Assembly: GCA_963838295.1 (NCBI GenBank)
Contig: CAWIQS010000002.1
Coordinates: 19,156 to 83,155 of the forward strand
Source: an uncultured Acidobacteriaceae bacterium
Lineage (GTDB): Bacteria > Acidobacteriota > Terriglobia > Terriglobales > Acidobacteriaceae
Length of the DNA stretch: 64,000 nucleotides
Reading direction: 5' to 3'
Under the pieces are notes generated by a model that saw nothing but the letters and a program-made list of their open reading frames with translations, searched no databases and was not told where the DNA came from. The translations under genes and the position numbers were made by a program. The first letter of the stretch is position 1, and each line of letters opens with the position of its first letter. Below are positions 39,409 to 48,779 of the stretch, piece after piece.

Positions 39409-40436
39409 TAAAGCTGTATCTTCACCAGCTCGCCCTGCTGCCCCGGCGAAACTGTGCTGGTCTGCGGAGCCCTCCAGTGGTCGATGTGGCTGATGCGGTG
39501 CACGCATCCAATCGTGCAATTCGGCGCGCAGCTCTTCGCCGTCAAAAACTCCCGCTTCACATCCGCGGTCGTGTACTCGCGCAAGCGGCACACCCGGATA
39601 CCCTCTCTGCTGCGAGCAGTAATGCACCAGCCCGTCCTCGCAGATATACAGATACCGCGACCCCGCCCTGCAGCGCCACTCATTCTCGCGCCCCTGCACA
39701 ATCGCTTCCTGAAACGCGTCGAACTGCGCGTAGTTGGTCTTCTTCCGATTCGTCATCTCGAAGTAGACCTTCGCCTCGTCCGGCTTCAGCGGCTTCAGCT
39801 GCCCGTCGCCATCATGAATAATCCCGATCGTCGACTCGAACCCCAGCTCCAGCGCCCGCTTCCCAATCACCAGCGCATCATTCGGATCCTTGAAGCCCCC
39901 GCCCACCACCGAATTGATGTTCACGTGAAACTCGGCATGCTCGGCCAGCATCTGCAGCTTCTTGTCCAGAACCTTCAGGCTCTTCTTCGAGATCTCATCC
40001 GGGCTCCAGATTATCGATCGAGATCTGCATGTGATCCAGACCCGCCGCGATTCAGCCGCTCGATCCGGTCAACATTTAGGAGATATCCATTCGTGATCAT
40101 CCCCGCAATCGCGCCCGTCTTGCGCATGCGCACAATGATGTCATCTAAATTAGGGTGCGTCAGCGGCTCTCCGCCCGAGATCCCGATCATGGCCGTCCCC
40201 AGCCGCCCCAGGTGGTCGATCCGCCGCAGCATCTCGTCCAGCGGGACAGGCTCAGAAACCTTGTCGTATTCGTTGCAGTAGGCGCAGGAGAGATTGCAGA
40301 ATCGCGCCGGAACTATCTGCGCCAGAACAGGATGCGACGTAGACGCCAGCGCCCGCGCCACCATCGCATACTCCCGCGCCTTGCGCCGAGCCGCAATCAG
40401 CTTTCCCCTAGCCGTAGATCTCCGGGGAACTGCCAT
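39408..40436 (-). pseudogene. Radical SAM protein with three apparent +1 frameshifts (real or sequencing error)
   Basis: CNLSCAYC, SGGEPL, ITNG, C-terminal CRAG...YC...C..C..GC; frames join after removing single bases near 40046, 40002 and 39579. Confidence 0.75.
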
Positions 40437-40499
40437 TCTTACTATTGAAACATAGTCCGGACCCACTTTGAGCAGTACGTCAGCCCAACTTCAAATGGA

Positions 40500-41447
40500 C
40501 TATAGTGGCCGGTGAGTTGAGAGCAAATGATTTAGAGCGGATGCTCCGTACTTCCTAGCGAGTCTCTCAAGGAATAGTGGCTCGACGGATTTGATGAAGG
40601 AAAGCATTCCCGAAAACTCGGCGATTTCTTTCTCGTTAAGGGCACCCTGTATGTACCTATGAAACCTAGCCCGGATTAGCCTTTTCTTTTCTCTTCCTAT
40701 CGAGACCACGCCGTCGTTCGCAAGAACAAGACCAGTTACTCTTCTGAGGCCTTTCGTGGAAGCATGAACGGTCTTCGCTTCATTCAGTACCAACCGCGGA
40801 GGTCGGGTTTTCTTACAAATCTCGCCAACCTGCGTTTCAATTTCACGCAGGACCCCTCGGGCGTTCGTTGAGAAGGACAAATCGTCTGCGTATCGGGTAT
40901 AAGTAACGCCGCGTCCAGCGCAAAGAGCACTTACTTTTAGATCGAAGTTGTACAGCAATATATTCGAAAGAAGAGGCGAACTCGGTGCACCAATCGAGAG
41001 TTGAAGAACATTCCCGCGCTTTCTTCTCCAGAATAGAATTCTCGAAATATAGCCGATCTCCTCTTCAGTCCACACAGAGGCGAGAGGGTTCAAACGCATG
41101 AACTTTTGAAAATCCGTCGATTTGATGGACGGGAAGAAATTCTTGAAGTCGAGCTTGCACAGGAATTGGTGGGCCGCATGCGGCGCTGTATTGTCCAAGA
41201 TGCTCTTGCCTTTGCGGTACGCGAAGGCAGCAGGATGAACCGGGAACGCCGCTAAGACATGCTCCATGACCCAATACTGCAGCGGCTTCACCTCACGAGC
41301 AGGCTGCGCAATCGTACGCTTCTTGCCGGGAGTCCTCTTTGCAATCTGGTAGACCTTGTATCGATAAGGCGCAGAATTCACAAGGTAGAGCAAGTCCTTC
41401 GGTGGCAGCGCGAGATCACTCGAAAGCAAGTCCAAAAATTTGCTCAT
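40500..41447 (-). CDS. Retron reverse transcriptase (St85/Ec86-like)
   Basis: KRTIAQP, region X NTAPH, KLDFKNFFPSI, LSIGAPSSPLLSN, YTRYADDLSFS, region Y VTGLVL; 315 aa. Confidence 0.92.
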   Translation of the reverse strand: MSKFLDLLSSDLALPPKDLLYLVNSAPYRYKVYQIAKRTPGKKRTIAQPAREVKPLQYWVMEHVLAAFPVHPAAFAYRKGKSILDNTAPHAAHQFLCKLDFKNFFPSIKSTDFQKFMRLNPLASVWTEEEIGYISRILFWRRKRGNVLQLSIGAPSSPLLSNILLYNFDLKVSALCAGRGVTYTRYADDLSFSTNARGVLREIETQVGEICKKTRPPRLVLNEAKTVHASTKGLRRVTGLVLANDGVVSIGREKKRLIRARFHRYIQGALNEKEIAEFSGMLSFIKSVEPLFLERLARKYGASALNHLLSTHRPL

Positions 41448-42379
41448 GGTGTCGCCCCTGTCGCTCGTCTTTTGAAGGCAGCAAGCGCGCGAGCTTTCTC
41501 TGGTGTCAGGGGTAAATCTTGGCGGAGGAGTGTCCTCAACCTTGATCGATCTTTGGGTGTTTTCGGCGCATAGAGCACATATTCAGGCGCGCCTGCAGGA
41601 TTCATGTAGTAGTCCACGTTTCCATAGCGAAGGGAGGATATAAGTTCAAGCTGCTCAAGTAGGAATAAGTATTTTTTCAGTTCTTGATTCTTTATTATTA
41701 CGTTCAGACCATTGAGGATCTCTTGAATTTCGTGCTGGAGGATCACTACATTCAGCGTGATTAGATCCGCAATCAGAAGCATCAGATGACCATGATCGGC
41801 TTTTCGGAAAGCGGCCGTTTTCGGCTTTTTCGTAAGAATCGCTTGGATCTCTCGTTCCACACCATCGAGCGTGTCGCTTGCACCGGCAGGGTCAATTCTG
41901 GTCGCGCCTCCGCCCGTAGGAAATGAAAGCCACGGGTAAGCTAAGACGCTGTCCGGTCTGATCCTGCGCGTATGCTCCACAAGACCATTTCGAATGAACG
42001 ACTGCTGCCTGAAGTAAGAATCCTCAATGACGACAACGAGCTTATCTTGCAGCAAGTCCATCTGGGAGAAGGCACCAAACTCAGCGATTGCACCTGGACT
42101 TTCTACAAACAACAATACGCAGGCCGAAAGACCCGCAAGGTGCCCTTCCAATTCCAGAAGATCGTCAAATAGCTTTCGGGATTGGTACCACTCGTCCGCC
42201 TTTTCGGCGAGCTGAACTTTCTTGAAGAGGACAGGATTAATCTGTACTTTATCTCTGTAAAAATGGGCGCGGAGGGAGTGTTCGAAGTCGTTTAGAGGCC
42301 CTCCGCACAAAAATATGTAGTCAGGCTGATTCAGAATGGTGAATGCGTTCGAATCTACCGAGTCTGTGAATACACCCAC
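41444..42379 (-). CDS. Retron type II-A effector (nucleoside deoxyribosyltransferase-like N-terminal domain)
   Basis: IFLCGG, DLLELE..LA, FVESPGAIAEFGAF match the Ec86/St85 effector motif ESPGSFTELGAF; ATGA overlap with the RT. Confidence 0.85.
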   Translation of the reverse strand: MGVFTDSVDSNAFTILNQPDYIFLCGGPLNDFEHSLRAHFYRDKVQINPVLFKKVQLAEKADEWYQSRKLFDDLLELEGHLAGLSACVLLFVESPGAIAEFGAFSQMDLLQDKLVVVIEDSYFRQQSFIRNGLVEHTRRIRPDSVLAYPWLSFPTGGGATRIDPAGASDTLDGVEREIQAILTKKPKTAAFRKADHGHLMLLIADLITLNVVILQHEIQEILNGLNVIIKNQELKKYLFLLEQLELISSLRYGNVDYYMNPAGAPEYVLYAPKTPKDRSRLRTLLRQDLPLTPEKARALAAFKRRATGATP

Positions 42380-42409
42380 TCTCGAGCCCGACTCTCTAAC
42401 CGAAATTGT

Positions 42410-42611
42410 TGCTCTCTACCTTCGAGATAAGCGCGTCGAGGAAAAATTTCTCAACGCGTTCCACTCATCGTTGATAATCCGGTTGGCGGCACATAGCGTT
42501 GAGGAAGTTTTCCTCGACGCGCTGGTAAATGCTACCAATCGTTCCCAGTCCGGCGAAACGCCAGACTTCACCCCTGACATTTGAATCTTTGGGTGAACCA
42601 CGTAAAGAGCA
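42410..42611 (-). ncRNA. Retron msr-msd non-coding RNA
   Basis: a1/a2 10-bp pairing (42602-42611 with 42410-42419, one G-U) followed by a candidate branching G at 42601; two msr hairpins (TTCACCC/GGGTGAA and AGTCTGGCG-TTT-CGCCGGACT); 28-bp msd stem 42430-42457 with 42496-42523, 2 mismatches. Confidence 0.8.
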
Positions 42612-42713
42612 TCCCCATTGTGAGCGATGCCTGCCACTGTGTCAACGGGACCGCTCTGACGGGTAGTTGGTCAGTTATCTGAGACCACAAACACGGTGGG
42701 TCGTCCGCTGGGC

Positions 42714-42786
42714 GGGTGGCCCAGGTCCAGCACTCCCAACCCAGCACAAAGGATGGGTGCCCCAGGTGCCGTTTTGGGCACCTGGG
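42714..42786. repeat. REP-like element, family B (GGGTGGCCCAGGT...CCTGGG)
   Basis: CCCAGGTGCC-GTTTTG-GGCACCTGGG hairpin preceded by a partial copy. Confidence 0.7.
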
Positions 42787-42841
42787 AAAGCACCAGCTTC
42801 CATCGTCCTTGTTCAAGAACAGACCCGGCCTCGATTCATCT

Positions 42842-43669
42842 CTACGGTTGGCCGTAGATTTCGGGCGCGGCTTTGGCCCAGCCAGCGTCCGCGTAGCTCT
42901 CCTTCGCATTCACGACGAAGAGGTTGGTCTGCACTGACTCGATGCAGGCGGCGGCGAGTTCGCCCGCGTGCTTCATATTGGCCTCGCCCTGTGCCGCAAA
43001 GAATGCCTTGCCGTCGGCCAATCCTTTATCCGCTTCGTCGAGCGTCCGCATGGGGTTGATGACAACCCACAATCCGCCGTTGTTCTCGCCCCACTTGCTC
43101 TCGTACATGGCCCAGTGACTATTCGGAAATTTGCTGAAGCCATCCACGTACATCTTCACCAGCTCGTTCCATTCCGCATCGTGGCCAGCCTTGATGTGGA
43201 ACGAGGTGAACTCCCAGTAGCGCTGGTGGGGAACGTCGACGGACGCGTGCAGGCTCATCTCGGGGTGATAGATAAACGCCTGGCTGTCGTAGCGGGTCAG
43301 CAGTTCACCATCTGCGAGGTTGGCTGCGTCCATGGCTGCTGCGAACTTGGCATTGGCGTTCTGCGCTTCCTGGTCCTTGCCGTAGGCCTCCAGGGAGTCG
43401 TAGCCAAACATGAAAAGAGCGCGCGTCGGGCCGGAAAGCGAGTCCATGGCGATGTAGTGGGTGGGCCACTTGGCATCGTTGGAGGCCTTGATGAAGTTGC
43501 CTTCCGACTTGATGTGGATGGCGCCGGACTTGCCCGGCTTGAGGTACTCGCGTTGGATGACCAGGACATTGGGCGGCGCTCCTGGGCCAGAATCCTGGGC
43601 CGTGGCGAAGGCGGCGGTTACGACGAAGAGACTCGACAGCGCAAGGGAAAGGATGTTGCGGTCTTTCAT
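42842..43669 (-). CDS. Hypothetical exported protein with two similar halves
   Basis: Signal peptide MKDRNILSLAL...; REYLKPGK and FHIKAGH halves resemble NIPSNAP/ABM-like repeats. Confidence 0.7.
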   Translation of the reverse strand: MKDRNILSLALSSLFVVTAAFATAQDSGPGAPPNVLVIQREYLKPGKSGAIHIKSEGNFIKASNDAKWPTHYIAMDSLSGPTRALFMFGYDSLEAYGKDQEAQNANAKFAAAMDAANLADGELLTRYDSQAFIYHPEMSLHASVDVPHQRYWEFTSFHIKAGHDAEWNELVKMYVDGFSKFPNSHWAMYESKWGENNGGLWVVINPMRTLDEADKGLADGKAFFAAQGEANMKHAGELAAACIESVQTNLFVVNAKESYADAGWAKAAPEIYGQP

Positions 43670-43959
43670 GGTGCAAGCCCTCCTGAGGCTAATGAGCGCG
43701 CGAACAAGAGCGGTGCCGGCCCGGGGAAAGAGCAGCGCAGAACAAGGCGAACGCTGGTGCGCGGTTATAGGTTGGAGAGTGAGATCGATCCGGGTTATCG
43801 AACCCGGCCGTGCATTCCAAGGGGGAGTGGACCCCGGCGTCACACAGGAGGGCGAGATAACACTCGCGCCGAAAATGGTGCTCCTGGAGACGTGGCGCCA
43901 TCGTCGGCGCGGCAGAGGTCAATTGTCAATCGAAATACAAGTTCAACAAACCGGGTGGA

Positions 43960-44020
43960 GGGTGGCCCAGGCGGGTGGCCCTGGCGGGTGGCCCAGGTCC
44001 CTCGCCTTTGGGGACCGGGG
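43960..44020. repeat. REP-like element, family B, with triplicated 13-mer
   Basis: GGGTGGCCCAGGC GGGTGGCCCTGGC GGGTGGCCCAGGT then hairpin. Confidence 0.7.
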
Positions 44021-44071
44021 GATGGAAGCTAGGGACCGCCCAAGCCTTTCAACCAAACTCAACCCCAAGGC

Positions 44072-44632
44072 CTATCCGCCGCTTGCCGGACAGCCGCAAA
44101 GTTTGTCCAGTGCTCCCGAGGCCAGGTAAGCGGACAGCTTGACCAAGAAAATTGCGATGGTTACGTGCGGGCTCAGCTGGATCAGGATATTGAGTGCGTC
44201 CCATATCCACGGCGCAGCTCCCCCAGCGACGGTGACCAAGCCGCGCAGCTTAGCTGGAACCTTGCGTGCAAGCTGCGCGACCAGGCTCTTCCAGCCCCAG
44301 CGACTCCGGCGTTTGCACCATTGAAGCTTGACGCAGAACAACTCCCTTGCCGCTTCGAGGCTCATGTTGAGTTCGGCCAGCAAGGCCTTTACCGCCTCAT
44401 CGAACTGGGTCGTTGTCAACGCGTAGTATTGGCTTCGCGTCATTCCCGGCAAGCCCGGCGCACCATGGGATTTCAGAGCCGATGACACGCGTTGCTGGAT
44501 CCTCGGGTTGGTCTGCGCCACTTCGAGAAATAACGAGTACTCGTCGAAATCCAATTCCTCGTAAGTGCGCGACACCACCCATTGAAGCAATTTCTCAATT
44601 AACGAGGAAGTCCGATCGCGCGTCGTCGCCAT
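44072..44632 (-). CDS. Hypothetical protein, C-terminal hydrophobic helices
   Basis: 186-aa ORF with RBS GGAG; no family recognised. Confidence 0.55.
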   Translation of the reverse strand: MATTRDRTSSLIEKLLQWVVSRTYEELDFDEYSLFLEVAQTNPRIQQRVSSALKSHGAPGLPGMTRSQYYALTTTQFDEAVKALLAELNMSLEAARELFCVKLQWCKRRSRWGWKSLVAQLARKVPAKLRGLVTVAGGAAPWIWDALNILIQLSPHVTIAIFLVKLSAYLASGALDKLCGCPASGG

Positions 44633-44725
44633 AGGCGGCTCCTTTCATTGAAAAGTTTTCCTGGAGTTTTCGGTTGAAGGGAACGCGCATATGCTACCAC
44701 GATCCGTGCGACAGCCGGAATGGGC

Positions 44726-44758
44726 GGCTGCCCCAGGTTTCGCTTTTGAGGCCTGGGA
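44726..44758. repeat. REP-like element, family B
   Basis: GGCTGCCCCAGGTTTC-GCTTTT-GAGGCCTGGGA. Confidence 0.65.
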
Positions 44759-45086
44759 GGCATGTGAGCCCACCACCGACTCTCCAATCGTCAAGTACCT
44801 CAGCAGGTCGCGATGACCGGCGGCCCTCTCGTTACCAACAAGCCGACGACTTTCCCACGCATTGTGAGAGGAGTATCTTCCTCTCATGGCGAGTTTCAAG
44901 CGCAAGGGGCCGAAGTCGACGCGGGCTGGATGTCTGCTGTGCAAGCCACAGAAGCGCCAGGGCCAGCGACTCGACCTGCGCGTCACCTTCAGCGAGCGTC
45001 GCCGCGCGGAGGCAGCAAATTCCGAGCTAGCCTCGTCGGCCGAAACATCCCTTCAAGGTTGAAGTAGTGCAGGACTTGTCCCCTCC

Positions 45087-45539
45087 ATGAAGAACCTGTT
45101 TCAACCGGAGACCGTGCGGGAGTTGAAAGACCGCCTCGCGAATCTCCACCAAGACAGCCCGCACCTGTGGGGCAAGATGACGCCGGCGCAGGCCGTGGCG
45201 CACTGCACCATCGGCATGGAGCTGGCTCTCGGCGACCGGCGTCCGCCGCGTATGCTGATTGGCCGCCTCATCGGGCGCGTGATCAAGCCAATGGCATTCA
45301 AAGAGAACGAGCCCATGCGCCGCAACTCCCCCACCATCCCCGGCTTCGAAGTCTCTGACAACCGGGACCTCCCCGTCGAACGCGAGAAACTCAGCGCCAT
45401 CCTCGACCGCTTTGCCGCCGCCGGTTCTGCCGGTTGCACAACGCATCCGCACAGCTTCTTTGGCCGCCTCACCCCCGACGAGTGGTCCATGTGGATGTAC
45501 AAACACATCGACCACCACCTTCAGCAATTCGGCGTCTAG
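45087..45539 (+). CDS. DinB-like DUF1569 family protein
   Basis: WGKMTPAQAVAHC, HPHSFFGRLT.DEW...YKHIDHHLQQFGV. Confidence 0.85.
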   Translation: MKNLFQPETVRELKDRLANLHQDSPHLWGKMTPAQAVAHCTIGMELALGDRRPPRMLIGRLIGRVIKPMAFKENEPMRRNSPTIPGFEVSDNRDLPVEREKLSAILDRFAAAGSAGCTTHPHSFFGRLTPDEWSMWMYKHIDHHLQQFGV

Positions 45540-45644
45540 CGGCGGGCGGTTCACCCAAGCTCTGAAACTGAACTCCCCGTGTCATCGTGAGCGGAGCAGT
45601 TTGGAACTCCATGAACGCCTCTGCGTCCATGGGGCAAGCCTGAC

Positions 45645-46073
45645 TCAGTTACGGCGGTCGCGGTCGTCATCGCCGTGGCCGCGGTCCCAGTCGTCGTGGT
45701 CGCGCACCACGGCGAGGGCGGAGATGCGGTCATTCCAGGTCCGCGACGGGTCTCTCCGCAGCCTGAAGTTCTTCAGGTTGTCTACATCGTTCTGCACGCG
45801 CATCCTGTCGCCGGAAAAATTCGAGTCGGCGAACATCCGCACCACCGCGCCATTGAACACGCGAATCGAAGAGATCCTGTCATTGAAGCCCGGCGGCATC
45901 GTCGGCCACCGCTCCCCCACCTTCATGCAGAAGTAGTCGCCTGCGAAATTCGCTTCCCGATAGAAGCACGCTCCCATCCTCGGCGGATGGGGTCTACCCC
46001 ATTGCTGCGCGATCGCAGGCAACGTTGTAAGGCACAGCAGAGCAAGAGTGATAAACCACAGTTTCGAACGCAT
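45645..46073 (-). CDS. Exported beta/gamma-crystallin-like (peptidase inhibitor I36-like) protein
   Basis: ACFYREANFAG, FNDRISSIRV, WNDRISAL. Confidence 0.8.
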   Translation of the reverse strand: MRSKLWFITLALLCLTTLPAIAQQWGRPHPPRMGACFYREANFAGDYFCMKVGERWPTMPPGFNDRISSIRVFNGAVVRMFADSNFSGDRMRVQNDVDNLKNFRLRRDPSRTWNDRISALAVVRDHDDWDRGHGDDDRDRRN

Positions 46074-46255
46074 GTCAGTTCCTCGTTAAGCGGGAATTTT
46101 CAAACCCGGAAGCCTGTCCAGCAATGTCTCCCCCGGGACGTCCCGAATTCTACCACCCATCGTCTTGTGGTCTGTATAGCTCAGACACGATTCATTTAAG
46201 CGGCTACTGTCGAGTTGTGAGGTGTCCTCCGACATTTCACAAGGTAAGGAGTTCT

Positions 46256-46678
46256 ATGAACGGTTTGAAGCTCGTAATGTTATCGGCTGTTGCTGGATGC
46301 TGCCTGTTGGCAACTGCTCCCAAAGCACTAGCTCACGGACAAATCGCTGTCGAGATTGGCACCGCTCCCGAGTGTCCGTACGGCTACTACGACAGCTCGC
46401 CATACAGGTGCGCCCCCTACGGCTACTACGGTCCGGAGTGGTTCAGCGGCGGTATGTTCGTCGGAGCGGGTCCGTGGTTCCATGGCCATGAGGGTTTTCG
46501 TGGGCATGTAAACAATCGTTTCCATGTTGACAACGGCTATCGAGGCAGGCTGCCCGAGCGCGGCGAGAAGGCCAGGTCAAACTACCGTCCCGAAGCAAAC
46601 AGGCACTTCAAGGGCAACGAAGTGCGCGATGGCCATGGTCATGCAGATGGCAATAACAGGGATCACGATAAACATTAG
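46256..46678 (+). CDS. Hypothetical exported protein, paralog A
   Basis: Signal peptide; PECPYGYYDS.PY.CAPYGYYG.EWFSGG.FVGAGPWFHG shared with 47816..48238. Confidence 0.75.
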   Translation: MNGLKLVMLSAVAGCCLLATAPKALAHGQIAVEIGTAPECPYGYYDSSPYRCAPYGYYGPEWFSGGMFVGAGPWFHGHEGFRGHVNNRFHVDNGYRGRLPERGEKARSNYRPEANRHFKGNEVRDGHGHADGNNRDHDKH

Positions 46679-46882
46679 ATAATTCGTAAGCCCCGTACAT
46701 GGCCCGACGTCTCCTTGATCAGGACGTCGGGCCATATGCGTCTAATTGGAAAAACCGGCAGGCCCACAGCCCCACAGTTTCTTCGGCCACCGCGCCCCGA
46801 TGAGTGGTCCTACTGGATGCCATAAGCACATCGACCACCATCAGCAATTCGGCGTTTAGCAAGTTCGGCCCTTGCGCCCGAT

Positions 46883-47281
46883 TTGAGGACTTCGTATAGT
46901 GCCCGCATGCATTCCCGGATCGAATGGATTGTATTGTCGGTGGCAGGCGTGCTCGCTCTCGCGTTCTGTGCGCTGCTTTATCTCGCAGCCCGGGCGTGGC
47001 GCAAGATCGCAACCTGGAAGTGGATTACCGGCCTTCTGCTGCTTGTGCCGCATTTCCTGCTGTTGTGGAGCATCGAGGTAGCCCTGCGGAATGGCAACGC
47101 GCCTCAGGGCTCGGCTCGATGGAATGAGGCTTTTGGTGCGGAAGTTTACATGATGTTCATTCTTCCGGTTCCAGCTTTGTTGGGTTCCCTCGGGGCGCTC
47201 CTGATATTCAAGCTCTCCCGGCCGCTGAGCAGGCCAGATGCACAAGCAACGCCGTCGGAGCGCCCGCCTCTTAGCCCCTGA
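46883..47281 (+). CDS. Hypothetical membrane protein
   Basis: Three hydrophobic helices; start uncertain (46883 or 46907). Confidence 0.55.
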   Translation: MRTSYSARMHSRIEWIVLSVAGVLALAFCALLYLAARAWRKIATWKWITGLLLLVPHFLLLWSIEVALRNGNAPQGSARWNEAFGAEVYMMFILPVPALLGSLGALLIFKLSRPLSRPDAQATPSERPPLSP

Positions 47282-47815
47282 TCCCTGGCCCGCCTTCGCC
47301 TGATACCCCGTTCACGCCGGGTGCCTCATTCATGCGCGCCGTTTGCGCTTGAGCGTTATCGCTGCGAACCTTCGCCGCCGGCGTGGCAGAGACTCTGTCG
47401 ATAGAAGCCCCTGCCTCGCCTGCGACGCCCAGCCCGGCCACTCCACTCAGCAGCCAGGTCGCGATGCCCGTGCCAGTCGTCGCCGCGCGGCGCCCGCTCC
47501 TCATCCGCGTTTATGCGTAACGCGCCCAGGCGATGAGTTCGAGTCGAGCGAGGCCGCCAGAGCTTGTCTGTTCCGGTTCGCAATGGATGGTGACGTTCGA
47601 GCGTGAAACGTTTCAAACAATCCGCAAAAAAGTCACAAGGCTCGCAGTTTGGATCGCCGATATCGCCGAGAACGTGTCTCTCATCCCGAGAACGCACCGA
47701 AACAGCTACGATCGCCTCGCTTTGTGGTCCTTATAGCTCAGACAGCGTCCTTCAAACCCGATAGCGTCAGGTTGTGGGGATATCGTATGGCATCCCCGCA
47801 AGGTTAAGGAGAACT

Positions 47816-48238
47816 ATGAAGGGTTTGAAGCTTGTCGTGTTATCGGCTATTGCTGGATGCTGCATGTTGGCAGCCACCCCCAGAGCAATGGCTCATGGTC
47901 AAATTTCTGTTGAGATCGGCCCAGCTCCCGAGTGCCCCTACGGTTACTATGACTCCGCGCCCTATGCCTGCGCCCCTTACGGCTACTACGGCACAGAATG
48001 GTTCAGCGGTGGTGTGTTCGTTGGCGCGGGTCCGTGGTTCCATGGCGCTCAAGATTTCCGCGGCCATGTCGACAATCGTTTCCATCCGGACAATGGCTAT
48101 GCCGGCAAGATGCCGGGACGCGGCGAGAAAGCCGAGCCCACCAATCGTCTCGACAAGAACGAAAACTTCAAGGGCAATGAAACTCGCGATGGCCGCGGTC
48201 ATAAAGACGGCGACCGCAAACCAGACGATAAACACTAA
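47816..48238 (+). CDS. Hypothetical exported protein, paralog B
   Basis: Colinear and highly similar to 46256..46678. Confidence 0.75.
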   Translation: MKGLKLVVLSAIAGCCMLAATPRAMAHGQISVEIGPAPECPYGYYDSAPYACAPYGYYGTEWFSGGVFVGAGPWFHGAQDFRGHVDNRFHPDNGYAGKMPGRGEKAEPTNRLDKNENFKGNETRDGRGHKDGDRKPDDKH

Positions 48239-48518
48239 ATTATTCAGCTAACCTTGGTGGGTATTCGAGGCCCGCTAACCGGCCCGGTGGGCAGTAGCTA
48301 GCCCCTCGGGGGGAGTTAGCCGGTTGGCGAATACCCACCTCTATAAGTGCATAACTTCAATGCCTGGACAATAAGTGAAGATACTGTGTACGCCGCCCGG
48401 AAAGGGCGTACCATGAAAGACGAGCGAGAGTTTCTCTCCTCTTTCAGATTCTCTGAACTAAGGCAGTTCTTCTGAAGTATTTCCCCTCTTAGCCCTTGAT
48501 ATATCGGAAGGGTTACCT

Positions 48519-48725
48519 ATGATCATCACTAAAGTTAAAGTGAAATTAGGCAAAGTTATCTCCTCTCAGCCTTCTGCCTCCGCTGAAACATCCAACTCCG
48601 GAATTCGCGCCTCCGTCGACGATATACGCGTGCGCGCCTTTCACATGTATCAGCAACGCGGCAGCAAGCACGGCAACGACATTCAAGACTGGCTCAAAGC
48701 CGAGCGACAGATCACGCAGCGCTAA
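48519..48725 (+). CDS. DUF2934 domain protein
   Basis: IRVRAFHMYQQRG...G.D..DWLKAERQI. Confidence 0.8.
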   Translation: MIITKVKVKLGKVISSQPSASAETSNSGIRASVDDIRVRAFHMYQQRGSKHGNDIQDWLKAERQITQR

Positions 48726-48779
48726 CGCTCACCCATACCATTCACTGCAAATCTTGCCCAAAGGCTGGAAGAAGAAGTT

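Noticed and set aside
40500-41447. RT as DGR, group II intron or Abi RT
   Set aside because: Short RT with retron region X and VTG motifs, a type II-A effector and an msr-msd; no TR/VR pair or maturase domain seen.
42714-44758. REP-B copies as integron attC sites
   Set aside because: No RYYYAAC/GTTRRRY ends and no integron integrase in the window.
46699-46735. 13-bp hairpin after paralog A as a special element
   Set aside because: Ordinary 3' stem-loop without U-tract; not repeated elsewhere in the window.
47271-47504. 77-aa minus-strand ORF as a real gene
   Set aside because: Low-complexity Ala/Gly sequence, no clear RBS or motif; cannot be supported.
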